Of a DNA stretch of 64,000 bases, positions 39,058 through 50,661 are shown one piece after another. Numbering within the stretch: the first letter of the stretch is position 1; each line of letters starts with the position of its first letter. Under the pieces are notes generated by a model. That model was not told where the DNA came from and ran no database searches. It saw only the letters and a list, made by a program, of their open reading frames with translations. This stretch comes from an uncultured Actinomycetes bacterium (GTDB lineage: Bacteria; Actinomycetota; UBA4738; HRBIN12). Position numbers and translations under genes: made by a program. Location of the stretch: positions 952,598-1,016,597 of the forward strand of contig CAVZMG010000002.1 in NCBI GenBank assembly GCA_963776425.1. The letters run 5' to 3'.

Positions 39058-39986
39058 TCTCCTGGCGGTACCACCTGGTGTCGATCGTCGCCGTGTTCCT
39101 GGCCCTCGGCCTCGGGGTGCTCACCGGGACGACCGTGCTGAACGACAACCTCGTCCGGAACCTGAAGTCGCAAACGCGGACACTGAGGGCCGATCTCGAT
39201 GACCTGCGCGGGTCCGTGACGGATCTCCAGTCGCAGCTCGGGACGATGAACACGTTCGCCGAACAGGCGATGCCGTACCTGGTCGGAGGGCGGCTCGCCA
39301 CGCGACAGGCGATCGTCGTGACCCAGGAAGGCGTCGACGGGAAGGCGTTGGCGCAGGCTCGCCGGGCGCTGGATCTCGCGGACGCCCAGGTCCTCACGAC
39401 CCTCACCGTCTTGCCCGCCATGGCAGCCGAGACGCCGGGGACGCAACGCGATCTCGCCGCCCTGCTCGGGCTTCCCGAGACCACGCCGCCGGATGACCTG
39501 ACGGCCGCCGCAGCGCAAGCGCTCGCCCAGCGGTTGGCGGACGACCCGACCTCCTTCTCGTCATCCACCGACCTCTTGGGGGAGCTGCTCTCGCAGGGGT
39601 TCCTCACGGCATCGGCTCCGGGTATCTCGGATGCGACGCTCCTGCAGATCGGCGGGCGCGGTCAGATCGTCGTGGCCGTCGGCGGTTCGACCGTGGAGAT
39701 CACGCCGAGCTCATCGGCGTTCATGGTGCCGTTCGTCCGATCGCTGACGGACCTCGGGGTCACGACGGGCGCGGGGGAGAGCCTCGCGGCCGACGACGGC
39801 TTCCTCACGGACGTCCGCACACAGGTGGACGCGTCGACCACCGAGCTCGTCACGGTCGACAACGTCGACTTCCCCATCGGCGGCTCAGCCATGGTGCTCG
39901 GCCTGCGGGAGGCGATCGTGCGGGGGACGGGCGGGGACTATGGCGTGAAGGCGGACGCCTCCCGGCTGCTGCCACCACCGCCATGA
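39054..39986 (+). CDS. SteB / MctB (Rv1698)-family membrane-anchored protein
   Basis: The N-terminus VISWRYHLVSIVAVFLALGLGVLTG is typical of this family. SD gaaggag lies at 39042-39048. The GTG overlaps the steA stop. Confidence 0.7.
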   Translation: MISWRYHLVSIVAVFLALGLGVLTGTTVLNDNLVRNLKSQTRTLRADLDDLRGSVTDLQSQLGTMNTFAEQAMPYLVGGRLATRQAIVVTQEGVDGKALAQARRALDLADAQVLTTLTVLPAMAAETPGTQRDLAALLGLPETTPPDDLTAAAAQALAQRLADDPTSFSSSTDLLGELLSQGFLTASAPGISDATLLQIGGRGQIVVAVGGSTVEITPSSSAFMVPFVRSLTDLGVTTGAGESLAADDGFLTDVRTQVDASTTELVTVDNVDFPIGGSAMVLGLREAIVRGTGGDYGVKADASRLLPPPP

Positions 39987-40669
39987 CCGAGCGGGCTCGC
40001 CGCGCCGTCGCGTTGGTGGCCGCGCGCGACGAGGAGGATCGCGTCGGCGCAACGGTGGACGCGCTCCTCGCCCTCCCGCTCGACGAGGTCGTGGTGGTCG
40101 ACGACGGGTCCGACGACCAGACGGCGTCGGTGGCGCTCGGGGCCGGTGCAACGGTGCTCCGGATCTCCGGCCACGCCGGGAAGGGCGGAGCCATGGAGGG
40201 CGCGCTGCGCCGGCTGCCTCCGGCCGACGTGTGGTTGTTCGCCGACGCGGACCTGGGCGCGAGCGCTGCGGGGCTCGGCACCATCCTGGAGATCGTCGAT
40301 GGCGATCGGGCGGATCTGGTGGTGGCGATGTTCCCGCGCCAGGATGGCGGCGGCCTCGGCGTCGTGAAGCGGGCGTCACGCGCCGCCATCGCCGCGAGCG
40401 CGGGGTTCCACGCGGAGGAGCCGCTGTCGGGGCAGCGCGCGGTCACCGCCGCGTGCCTCGCCGCGGTGCGACCGCTGGCAGGTGGGTTCGGGGTCGAGAC
40501 GGCGATGACGATCGATGCGGTCCGCGCCGGCTTCCGCGTGATCGAGCTGCCGGTGGCCGGGTTGACGCACCGGGCCACCGGTCGGTCGGTCCGCGGATTC
40601 CTCCATCGCGGGCGGCAGGGGGTCCAGATCGCTCGGGTCGCCGCGACGCGGATCGTGCGCCTGCGATGA
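39983..40669 (+). CDS. family 2 glycosyltransferase
   Basis: VALVAARDEEDRVGATVDAL...VVVVDDGSDDQT...FADADL (DxD) shows a GT-A fold pattern. The ATG overlaps the upstream stop. Confidence 0.8.
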   Translation: MTERARRAVALVAARDEEDRVGATVDALLALPLDEVVVVDDGSDDQTASVALGAGATVLRISGHAGKGGAMEGALRRLPPADVWLFADADLGASAAGLGTILEIVDGDRADLVVAMFPRQDGGGLGVVKRASRAAIAASAGFHAEEPLSGQRAVTAACLAAVRPLAGGFGVETAMTIDAVRAGFRVIELPVAGLTHRATGRSVRGFLHRGRQGVQIARVAATRIVRLR

Positions 40670-41418
40670 AGGCGCGCCTCTCGGTCGAGAACCACCGTGG
40701 GGCGATGGTCCCGAGGACCCTTGGACTTTGGCTGGCCGCATGCGCCGTGGTCTCCGCCGGGGTGGTCGCGTGGTTGGAGCCCGACGGACCCGTCGGCAGG
40801 GCCGGTTGGGGCGCCCTGATCGCGTCCCTGGTCGTGTTCGCCGCCGGATTGATCGACGATGTCATCGGCGCAGGGCCCAGAGGGATCCGGAACCACCTGC
40901 GAGCGCTGTCGAGGGGGCAGGTGAGCTCGGGGATCCTCAAACTGATCGTGCTCCCGGGCGCGGCGATCGTCGCGATCGCGCTCCAGGGCGTGGGCTCGGC
41001 GGCGGTTCGTCTCGCCGGGGTGGTGCTGGTCGCCGGCTGCGCGAACCTGTGGAACGGCCTCGATGTGCGCCCGGGGCGCTCGTTGAAGTTCGGGCTCATC
41101 GCCATGCTCGGGATCGTGAGCGTGCCCCTCGATCGGCTGCCGACGCTGCCGCTGTTGGCGCTCGGCTCGGCCATCTGCCTGGTGCCCGACCTCCGAGAAC
41201 GGGCGATGCTCGGGGACGGCGGGGCGAACCTCCTCGGATTCACGATCGGGCTGGGGCTCTACCTGGTGCTTCCCCCTTGGGGGGTGGCGCTGGGCGCAGC
41301 GGTCGCGGTCGCGGCGAACGTCACCGCGGAAACCATCACGCTCTCCGCGGTGATCCGACGCGTGCCCCCGCTCCGATGGTTCGACGCCCTCGGGCGACCG
41401 GCGGACCCGAAAACCTGA
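40666..41418 (+). CDS. polytopic membrane protein, MraY/WecA (GT4 phosphotransferase)-like
   Basis: It has multiple TM segments. AGLIDDVIG and GCANLWNGLDVRPG resemble the DD and NxxNxxDG motifs of polyprenyl-phosphate sugar-phosphate transferases, but it is short (250 aa). Confidence 0.5.
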   Translation: MKARLSVENHRGAMVPRTLGLWLAACAVVSAGVVAWLEPDGPVGRAGWGALIASLVVFAAGLIDDVIGAGPRGIRNHLRALSRGQVSSGILKLIVLPGAAIVAIALQGVGSAAVRLAGVVLVAGCANLWNGLDVRPGRSLKFGLIAMLGIVSVPLDRLPTLPLLALGSAICLVPDLRERAMLGDGGANLLGFTIGLGLYLVLPPWGVALGAAVAVAANVTAETITLSAVIRRVPPLRWFDALGRPADPKT

Positions 41419-43125
<1,707 letters not shown>

Positions 43126-43137
43126 CGAGCGACGGCC

Positions 43138-43653
43138 GTGACGGAGCCGCTCGGCATCCGACCCGCGTTCGCGGGGCATGTGGTGCACCTCGACATCGAG
43201 GACTGGGAAGGGCATCCGCCGTACGAGGTCGTCCACCATCCCGGTGCGGCCGCCGTGCTCGCGCTCACCCCAGACGACGACGTGATCCTGGTGAAGCAGT
43301 TCCGGCCGCCGGTCCGTCAGGTTCTCACGGAGATCCCCGCGGGCCTCCTAGATGTCGACGGCGAGGACGCCATCACGTGCGCGTCGCGCGAGCTGTTCGA
43401 GGAGACGGGGTATCGCCACGACGTGATCGAGTTCCTCGGCGGGTACTACGCGTCGGCGGGTTTCACGGATGAATATGTGCATCTGTTCCGAGCCCGGGCG
43501 CAGGCGGAGCCCGTCGGGACGCCGGAGGACGGCATCGAGGTCGTCCTGCAGCCCTTCGAGCGCATGGTCGCGGCGGCGCGGGGGGGACGGGTGCGGGATG
43601 CCAAGACCGCGCTTGCGTTGCTGCTCGCCGCCGGGCGAACATCGCTCCCGTGA
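43138..43653 (+). CDS. NUDIX hydrolase (ADP-ribose pyrophosphatase-like)
   Basis: The Nudix box is GLLDVDGEDAITCASRELFEETGY. Located downstream of pyrG, as in mycobacteria. Confidence 0.85.
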   Translation: MTEPLGIRPAFAGHVVHLDIEDWEGHPPYEVVHHPGAAAVLALTPDDDVILVKQFRPPVRQVLTEIPAGLLDVDGEDAITCASRELFEETGYRHDVIEFLGGYYASAGFTDEYVHLFRARAQAEPVGTPEDGIEVVLQPFERMVAAARGGRVRDAKTALALLLAAGRTSLP

Positions 43654-44987
43654 ACGTTCCCGAGAGCCGCTATGCGAAGAGCGGCGACGTCCACATCGCG
43701 TATCAGGTCGCCGGCGACGGGCCGTTGGATCTCGTATACGTGCCCGGCTGGGTCTCGCACGTCGAGGAGGCCTGGGAGGAACCGAACTATCGCAGGATGC
43801 TCGAACGACTCGCCTCGTTCTCCCGGCTGATCGTCTTCGACAAACGGGGCACCGGGCTGTCGGATCCGGTGCCGCTGGAGCACCTCCCGACGCTCGAGAC
43901 GCGGATGGACGACGTGAGAGCGGTCATGGACGCCGTGGGCTCCGAACGTGCGGCCCTCCTCGGGCATTCGGAAGGAGGGCTGATGAGCATGCTGTTCGCG
44001 GCGACCTATCCCGAACGCACGACGGCACTCGTGACGATCGGTGCGTACGCCAAACGGATCTGGTCGGAGGACTACCCGTGGGCGCCGACGCCCGAAGAGC
44101 GCCAGGCGACCTACGAAGAGGTCGAGCGCTCGTGGGGGACCGAGGTCGATCTCAGCTACTACGCGCCCTCGATGACGGGCGACAAGGCGTTCGAGAAGGC
44201 GATGGCCCGCTACTTCCGCCGATGCGCGAGTCCGCAGGCCGCGGTCGCACTGCTTCGGATGAATACGGCGTGCGACATCCGTGACGTGCTCCCAGCGATC
44301 CATATGCCGACCCTCGTGCTGAACCGCGTGGACGACCGCGACGTGAACGTTGGCGAGGCCCGCTACATCGCGGCACGGATCTCAGGCGCGAAGCTCGTCG
44401 AGCTCCCCGGAGGCGACCACACGGTCTGGGTCGGCGATGTCGACGGCATCCTCGACGAGGTCCAGGAGTTCCTGACGGGGGTGCGCCCGGGTCCGGACGT
44501 CGACCGGGTGCTCGCGACCGTCCTGTTCACCGATATCGTCGGATCGACCGAGCGAGCGGCTGAGCTCGGCGACCGCGCCTGGAGCGATCTGGTCGAACGC
44601 CACCACGCCGCGATCCGACGCGAGCTGGAGCGGTTCCGCGGCCGCGAGGTCGACACGGCGGGCGACGGCTTCCTCGCGACGTTCGACGGTCCCGCACGTG
44701 CGATCAGGTGTGCGTTGGCCGCGGGGGAGGCGGTCCGAGATCTGGGGATCGAGATCCGTGCGGGACTCCACACCGGCGAGGTCGAGCTCGTTGGCGACGC
44801 CGTCCGGGGTTTGGCGGTGCACGTAGGTGCCCGCGTCGCGGGCCTGGCAGGACCAGGCGAGGTGCTGGTCTCGCGCACGGTGAAGGATCTGGTCTCGGGA
44901 TCCGGGATCGCGTTCGACGATCGTGGGGTCCATGACCTCAAAGGCGTGCCCGAGCCGTGGCGGCTCTTCGCGGTCCAGGCCGCCTGA
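43650..44987 (+). CDS. alpha/beta-hydrolase domain fused to a class III adenylate/guanylate cyclase domain
   Basis: The N-terminal part has LVYVPGW...FDKRGTGLSD...LLGHSEGG (GxSxG). The C-terminal part has LFTDIVGST...TAGDGFLATF...RAGLHTGEV...G.AVHVGARV. Confidence 0.85.
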   Translation: MNVPESRYAKSGDVHIAYQVAGDGPLDLVYVPGWVSHVEEAWEEPNYRRMLERLASFSRLIVFDKRGTGLSDPVPLEHLPTLETRMDDVRAVMDAVGSERAALLGHSEGGLMSMLFAATYPERTTALVTIGAYAKRIWSEDYPWAPTPEERQATYEEVERSWGTEVDLSYYAPSMTGDKAFEKAMARYFRRCASPQAAVALLRMNTACDIRDVLPAIHMPTLVLNRVDDRDVNVGEARYIAARISGAKLVELPGGDHTVWVGDVDGILDEVQEFLTGVRPGPDVDRVLATVLFTDIVGSTERAAELGDRAWSDLVERHHAAIRRELERFRGREVDTAGDGFLATFDGPARAIRCALAAGEAVRDLGIEIRAGLHTGEVELVGDAVRGLAVHVGARVAGLAGPGEVLVSRTVKDLVSGSGIAFDDRGVHDLKGVPEPWRLFAVQAA

Positions 44988-45024
44988 CCTCGGCTAGGCT
45001 TCCGCCCGGACGAGAGGGGTGCGG

Positions 45025-46149
45025 ATGATCGTCGGGGTCCCGACAGAGGTCAAGGACAGCGAGTACCGGGTGGCCGCGACCCCGGAGGGTGTCCGCGAGT
45101 TCGTCCATGCCGGCCACCGCGTGCTCGTTCAATCTGGGGCAGGGGACGGGTCCTCGCTCCCCGACGAAGGCTTCGCTGCGGCGGGGGCAGAGATCGCTCC
45201 AGATGCCGACGCGGTGTTCGCGGTGGCCGACATGATCTTGAAGGTGAAGGAGCCGCAACCGGAGGAGTACGAGCGGTTCCGCGAAGACCAGGTGCTCTTC
45301 ACCTACCTGCACCTGGCCGCCGACGAACGACTCACCCGGTTCCTGATCAGCCGCCGTGTCGCGGCGGTCGCCTACGAGACGGTCCAGCTTCCGGACGGTC
45401 GCCTGCCGCTGTTGGCGCCGATGTCGGAGATCGCCGGGCGGATGGCGCCGCACTGCGGAGCGACGAACCTCGAGCGACCGAAAGGGGGGCGCGGGGTGCT
45501 GATGGGTGGCGCGTCCGGCGTCTCGCCCGCCCATGTCGTGGTCCTCGGGGCGGGGATGGCGGGGACCAACGCCGCATGGATCGCCGCCGGCATGGAGGCG
45601 GAGGTGGCGATCGTCGACAAGAACGTGGAGCGCCTGCGGTTCGTCGATCAGATCTGGCGCGGACGGATCCAGACCGTGATGTCGAGTCGCCTCGCCGTCG
45701 AGCGGCTCGTGACGGAGGCCGACCTGGTGATCGGAGCGGTCCTCGTGCCGGGGGCGAGAGCACCGCATCTGGTCACCGAGGCCATGGTGGAGGCGATGCT
45801 CCCCGGTTCGGTCGTCGTTGACATCTCGATCGATCAAGGGGGATGCTTCGAGACCTCGCATGTCACCACGCACTCCAACCCGACGTTCGTGGAACACGAG
45901 GTGGTCCACTACTGCGTCGGCAACATGCCGGGCGCCGTCCCCAGGACCTCGACCTACGCCCTGACGAACGTCACGATCCCGTACGCGACGGCGATCGCGA
46001 ACCTCGGCCTGGAAGGCGCCATCGCAGCCGACGGCGCGCTGGCTGGCGGCGTGAACGTGTACGGCGGAGCCGTGACGAACCCCGGCGTGGCGGCCGCGCA
46101 CGGCCTGGACGCGGTTGGGCTCGAGGCACTCATGCGCGAGCGCGGCTGA
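45025..46149 (+). CDS. ald: alanine dehydrogenase
   Basis: [17 protein letters not shown]..., [14 protein letters not shown] (Rossmann fold) and [10 protein letters not shown]. Confidence 0.93.
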   Translation: MIVGVPTEVKDSEYRVAATPEGVREFVHAGHRVLVQSGAGDGSSLPDEGFAAAGAEIAPDADAVFAVADMILKVKEPQPEEYERFREDQVLFTYLHLAADERLTRFLISRRVAAVAYETVQLPDGRLPLLAPMSEIAGRMAPHCGATNLERPKGGRGVLMGGASGVSPAHVVVLGAGMAGTNAAWIAAGMEAEVAIVDKNVERLRFVDQIWRGRIQTVMSSRLAVERLVTEADLVIGAVLVPGARAPHLVTEAMVEAMLPGSVVVDISIDQGGCFETSHVTTHSNPTFVEHEVVHYCVGNMPGAVPRTSTYALTNVTIPYATAIANLGLEGAIAADGALAGGVNVYGGAVTNPGVAAAHGLDAVGLEALMRERG

Positions 46150-46172
46150 CCCCCGCGGGAACGGCCGTGCCG

Positions 46173-47114
46173 ATGGCGACGACACTGGGGGAGTGGGTGG
46201 GGCGATACCTGGATCACCTGACGGTGGAGCGCGGGCTCTCGACGAACACGCTGGCCGCCTACCGGCGAGATCTCCGGCGCTACGTCGCGTTCACCGAGAA
46301 GCGCGGGCTCTTCAGCCCTGAAGACGTGCACGAAGGGGACGTGCGCGCGTTCGTGGCCTCGGTCTCTGCCTCGACCTGGGGCGAGGATGACCGGCCCTAC
46401 GGCGCGCGGACGGTTGCTCGTGCGCTCTCCTCGGTGCGGTCGTTCCATCGCTTCTTGCTCCGGGAGGGCGCGATGGATCGCGATCCGGCATCAGGCGTGA
46501 TCCAACCGAAGTTGCCGCGCGCCCTGCCGCACCCGCTTCCGCTCGACGACATCGCTCGCCTCTTGGAGGCTCCCGATCCCGAGACGCCGGCCGGGATCCG
46601 AGATCGCGCGATCCTCGAGCTGTTGTACGGCGCGGGCCTGCGGATCTCCGAGCTCGTCGGCCTCGACGTGGACGACGTCGACCTGGAGGAGGGGTTCGTT
46701 CGGGTGCTGGGCAAGGGCGGCAAGGAGCGAGAGGTGCCGCTCGGTCGGTACGGGCGCGACGCGGTCGAGGCCTACCTCACGCGCGTACGACCGGCGTTCG
46801 CGTCGGCCGGGAGCCGCGGGGCGCTCTTCTTGAACCAACGCGGTGGCCGGTTGACCCGTCAGAGCTGTACCCGGCTGCTGGCGGCCTCCGTCCGCGCGAG
46901 CGGCATCGAGCGCCACGTCACGCTCCACACGCTGCGGCATTCGTTCGCGACCCACCTGTTGGAGGGCGGGGCGGACGTCCGTGTAGTACAGGAACTGCTG
47001 GGACATGCGAGCGTCGCGACGACGCAGATCTACACGCTCGTGACGCGGGACCACCTGCGTGAGGTGTATTACACGGCGCACCCACGCGCCCGACGCACCA
47101 CGGGAGGGAGTTGA
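46173..47114 (+). CDS. xerD: site-specific tyrosine recombinase XerD
   Basis: [14 protein letters not shown]..., [49 protein letters not shown]. Chromosomal context, with no flanking repeats seen. Confidence 0.88.
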   Translation: MATTLGEWVGRYLDHLTVERGLSTNTLAAYRRDLRRYVAFTEKRGLFSPEDVHEGDVRAFVASVSASTWGEDDRPYGARTVARALSSVRSFHRFLLREGAMDRDPASGVIQPKLPRALPHPLPLDDIARLLEAPDPETPAGIRDRAILELLYGAGLRISELVGLDVDDVDLEEGFVRVLGKGGKEREVPLGRYGRDAVEAYLTRVRPAFASAGSRGALFLNQRGGRLTRQSCTRLLAASVRASGIERHVTLHTLRHSFATHLLEGGADVRVVQELLGHASVATTQIYTLVTRDHLREVYYTAHPRARRTTGGS

Positions 47115-47115
47115 C

Positions 47116-47472
47116 ATGGCGGACGCGATGTTCGTCCAAGGCATCAGACAGCAGCTGGAGGACCAGCGGGCGCACCTGCGCCAGGAGATCGAGGAGCAGG
47201 GTGCGGACCCCGATGCGGATGAGGTGGCGTTCATCGACGACGCGGGGTTCTCGGACCGCTCGCACAGCACCGAGGAGCGCTCGCGGTTGATCTCCCTGGT
47301 GCGGGCGCTCCGGTCGAACCTGCACGATGTGGATCGCGCGTTGGCGAAGATCGACGCCGGCACGTACGGCACGTGCGAGCGGTGCGGCTCACCGATCGCG
47401 CCGGAGCGCCTCGAGGCGTTGCCCTGGGCCGTGCTCTGCATCGACTGCAAACAGAAGGGTGTCCCGGGGTGA
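47116..47472 (+). CDS. DksA/TraR-family C4 zinc-finger protein
   Basis: CERCGSPIAPERLEALPWAVLCIDCK. SD gggaggga lies upstream of ATG 47116. Confidence 0.8.
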   Translation: MADAMFVQGIRQQLEDQRAHLRQEIEEQGADPDADEVAFIDDAGFSDRSHSTEERSRLISLVRALRSNLHDVDRALAKIDAGTYGTCERCGSPIAPERLEALPWAVLCIDCKQKGVPG

Positions 47473-48662
47473 GTGCCGCTCCCGCTCGGCTCTCCCGGGT
47501 GCTGTTGATCGTCTGCGATTCCTGGGGCGTGGGCGACGCACCCGACGCCGACGCGTACGGCGACGCGGGCGCCGACACGCTCGGAAACACGGCACGGGTC
47601 GTCGGCGGGATCCACGTACCGAACCTGGCGGCGCTCGGCTTGGGCCACCTGACGGCGATCGCGGGGGTCGAGCCCGACGCCGCCCCCGGGTCGGCGCACG
47701 GTCGAGCGACCGAACGCTCGGTGGGCAACGACACCACCACCGGGCATTGGGAGATGATGGGGATCCGTCTCGACCGGCCCTTCCCGCTGTACCCCGAGGG
47801 GTTCCCGGACGAGATCGTGGCGTCGTTCGAGGCTGGGATCGGGCGGCAGATCTTGGGCAACGTCCCGGCATCAGGGACCGAGATCATCGCCGACCTCGGC
47901 GAGGAGCATCTACGGACCGGACGGCCCATCGTGTACACGAGCGGCGACTCCGTGTTCCAGATCGCGACCCACAAGGACATCGTGCCGCTCGCCACGCTCT
48001 ACGAGTGGTGCCGGACCGCGCGCCGTCTCTTGACGGGCGAGCACGCCGTCGGCCGCGTGATCGCGAGACCCTTCGAGGGACCGGTCGGCGCATTCGTCCG
48101 TTCGCCCGAACGCCGCGATCTGTCCTTGCCGCCGCCCGGTCCGACGGTTCTTGACCGGCTCCAGGAGGCACGGATCCCGGTATTCGGTGTTGGGAAGATC
48201 CGCGACATCTTCTCGGGACAGGGGATAACCGAGGCTCGGTACTCGGATTCGAACGACCATGGAGTCGATCTCACCCTCGGTTACCTCACGCGGCCCGGGC
48301 CCGCGTTCGTGTTCACCAACCTGGTGGACTTCGACTCGAAGTACGGCCATCGCAACGACCCGACGGGCTACGCGGCGGCCGTGGAGGCCTTCGATCGCCG
48401 GCTGCCGGAGTTGCTCGCCGCTCTCGACGGCGGGGCGCTGTTCCTCACCGGCGATCATGGATGTGATCCCACCACGCCCTCGACGGACCACACCCGGGAA
48501 CGGACGCCATTGCTCGCCGCCGGCCTCGCGGGCGGCCCGTTCGAGATCGGGACCCGCGATGGGTTCGGCGACCTCGGGTGCACGATCGCGTCACTCCTCG
48601 GCGTGCAGGCGGACGGGCTCGTGGGGACGAGCTTCACGGACCGGATCGGCTTCCCGGCATGA
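47469..48662 (+). CDS. deoB: phosphopentomutase
   Basis: VLLIVCDSWGVGDAPDA...TTGHWEMMG...TGDHGCDPT. Confidence 0.9.
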   Translation: MSAAPARLSRVLLIVCDSWGVGDAPDADAYGDAGADTLGNTARVVGGIHVPNLAALGLGHLTAIAGVEPDAAPGSAHGRATERSVGNDTTTGHWEMMGIRLDRPFPLYPEGFPDEIVASFEAGIGRQILGNVPASGTEIIADLGEEHLRTGRPIVYTSGDSVFQIATHKDIVPLATLYEWCRTARRLLTGEHAVGRVIARPFEGPVGAFVRSPERRDLSLPPPGPTVLDRLQEARIPVFGVGKIRDIFSGQGITEARYSDSNDHGVDLTLGYLTRPGPAFVFTNLVDFDSKYGHRNDPTGYAAAVEAFDRRLPELLAALDGGALFLTGDHGCDPTTPSTDHTRERTPLLAAGLAGGPFEIGTRDGFGDLGCTIASLLGVQADGLVGTSFTDRIGFPA

Positions 48663-49987
48663 GCGTCGACGACCCTCGGTCGACCGTCGCGCGGAAGCGC
48701 GACGGGCGCACGCTCACGTCGGATGAGATCGCGGTGTTCGTCGACGGCTACACCCGCGGCGACATCAGCGACGCGCTGGCTGCTGCGTTCTTGATGGCGT
48801 GCCTGCTCCGGGGACTGGATGACGACGAGACGCTCGCGCTCACCCGGACCATGATCGGATCGGGGGACACGGTCTCGTTCGGCGATCTCGGTCGTCCCTC
48901 CGTGGACAAGCACTCGACGGGCGGCGTGGCCGACGGGGTCACGCTGGTGTTCGCGCCGCTCGCCGCGTCGCTGGGGCTCGCGGTGGCGAAGCTGTCGGGC
49001 CGGGGGCTCGGCCACACGGGCGGGACGCTGGACAAGCTCGAGTCGATCCCCGGCCTCCGGACCGACCTTGACCCCGAGCGGATGGCCCGGCAGGTCGCGG
49101 AGGTGGGATGCGCGGTCGCCGCGCAGTCGCCCAACCTGGTCCCGGCCGACGGTGCGCTCTATGCGCTCCGCGACGCGACGGCCACCGTTCCCTCCGTCCC
49201 GTTGATCGCCGCGAGCGTGATGTCGAAGAAGCTCGCGGTCGAGACCGATCTGATCCTGCTCGATGTGAAGGCGGGGTCGGGTGCGTTCATGAAGACGCCG
49301 GAAGATGCGGCGTCGCTCGCCCGCGCGTGTGGCGCGCTCGCGCGGGGATGGGGCCGGCGGTGCGGCGTCGCCGTGACCGACATGTCCCAACCGCTCGGGG
49401 ACGCCGTCGGTAACGCGCTCGACGTTACCGAGGCGGTGGAGCTACTCGGCGGCACTTCCCGCGGGCGTCTGCGTGATCTGTCGGTATGGTTCGCCGCCCG
49501 AGCGTTGGTCGTCACGGAAGGGGTCGGGGAGGACGAAGCCACTTCGCGCGCAGAGGGCGCGATCGACTCCGGGGCGGCGCTCGAACTGCTCGGCCGGATG
49601 ATCCAGGCCCAAGGGGGCGATCGGCACGTGGTCGACGATCCAGCAGCGGTCCTTCCACGCGCACCGGTGATCGTCTCGATCGAGGCGGATGCAGCGGGTA
49701 CGCTCGCGGCGATGGACACGGAGGCGATCGGATCGGCGAGCGGGATCCTGGGGGCGGGACGCATCCGCAAGGGCGACCAGATCGACCCCGCCGTCGGCTT
49801 GATCCTCCGACCCAAGATCGGGGATCGGCTCTCGATCGGCCTCCCGATCGGCGAGGTACACGCCCGCTCCCGCGACGACGCCGACGAGGCGATGCGCCGG
49901 GTGCTGGCCTCGCTGATACTCGTGGACCGCCCCGTCGACCCGCCGCCGCTGATCCATGCCTGGCTCGACGGCGCGGCGGCGACCTGA
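48659..49987 (+). CDS. deoA: thymidine/pyrimidine-nucleoside phosphorylase
   Basis: VDKHSTGGVADGV, SGRGLGHTGGTLDKLESIPG and KKLA. The ATG overlaps the deoB stop. Confidence 0.9.
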   Translation: MSVDDPRSTVARKRDGRTLTSDEIAVFVDGYTRGDISDALAAAFLMACLLRGLDDDETLALTRTMIGSGDTVSFGDLGRPSVDKHSTGGVADGVTLVFAPLAASLGLAVAKLSGRGLGHTGGTLDKLESIPGLRTDLDPERMARQVAEVGCAVAAQSPNLVPADGALYALRDATATVPSVPLIAASVMSKKLAVETDLILLDVKAGSGAFMKTPEDAASLARACGALARGWGRRCGVAVTDMSQPLGDAVGNALDVTEAVELLGGTSRGRLRDLSVWFAARALVVTEGVGEDEATSRAEGAIDSGAALELLGRMIQAQGGDRHVVDDPAAVLPRAPVIVSIEADAAGTLAAMDTEAIGSASGILGAGRIRKGDQIDPAVGLILRPKIGDRLSIGLPIGEVHARSRDDADEAMRRVLASLILVDRPVDPPPLIHAWLDGAAAT

Positions 49988-50634
49988 TGGCGATCCGGTT
50001 CGCCCTTTACCTGGCGATCTCACTCGTCGTCGGGATGTCGGCTCGCGAGTACGCCCGCGCGGCCACGGCCTCGCGGCTCCACGATCCGACGCCACGCCTC
50101 TGGGGCCGGCTGAGCTTCAACCCGCGATCGTGGTTCGAGCCGTTCGGGAGCGGGGTCGTGCCCGGACTGATCCTGCTGTTGTGGGCCGCGTCCGCGACCT
50201 TCCTGCCACCCCCGGTCGCCTACGCGAAGCCGGCTCCGATCGACCCGAACTACTTCCGGAACCGGACCCGAGACACGATCGTCACCGCGCTGGCCGGACC
50301 GGCGGCGAACCTCGTGCTCGCCGCGCTCGTAGGCGCCGTGATCCGGGCCGGCGTGAGCGGCGAGGCCGGCCTGGCGATGGAGGCGTTCCTGCTCGCGAAC
50401 CTGTCGCTCCTGGTGTTCCACCTCATGCCGATCCCGGGCCTCGACGGCGCGCGCATGGTCGCGCTCGCGCTGCCGCCCCGCGCCGCCGAGGTCTACCGCA
50501 ACGCCGATCAGTACCTGCCCCTGATCGTCCTGATCGTGCTGTTCCTGTTCGCCGGACCCCTCATCGCGATCGTCCGGTCGCTTACCAACTCGCTGTGCTC
50601 GCTCCTGGCCGGTCTGACCTGCTACGGCTTCTAG
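49987..50634 (+). CDS. site-2-protease (M50/COG1994)-like membrane protein lacking the HExxH motif
   Basis: The family layout is RLWGRLSFNPRSWFEPFG...AKPAPIDP...ALAGPAANLVLA...NLSLLVFHLMPIPGLDG. Where HExxH is expected, the sequence reads AREYAR. Confidence 0.7.
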   Translation: MAIRFALYLAISLVVGMSAREYARAATASRLHDPTPRLWGRLSFNPRSWFEPFGSGVVPGLILLLWAASATFLPPPVAYAKPAPIDPNYFRNRTRDTIVTALAGPAANLVLAALVGAVIRAGVSGEAGLAMEAFLLANLSLLVFHLMPIPGLDGARMVALALPPRAAEVYRNADQYLPLIVLIVLFLFAGPLIAIVRSLTNSLCSLLAGLTCYGF

Positions 50635-50661
50635 CTCCACGGTCGGCGCGACGGACCGCGT

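Noticed and set aside
46173-47114. Tyrosine recombinase as the integrase of a mobile element or genomic island.
   Set aside because: The sequence and context (after pyrG-NUDIX-ald, as in mycobacteria) fit chromosomal XerD. There is no adjacent tRNA target, no flanking direct repeats and no cargo genes.
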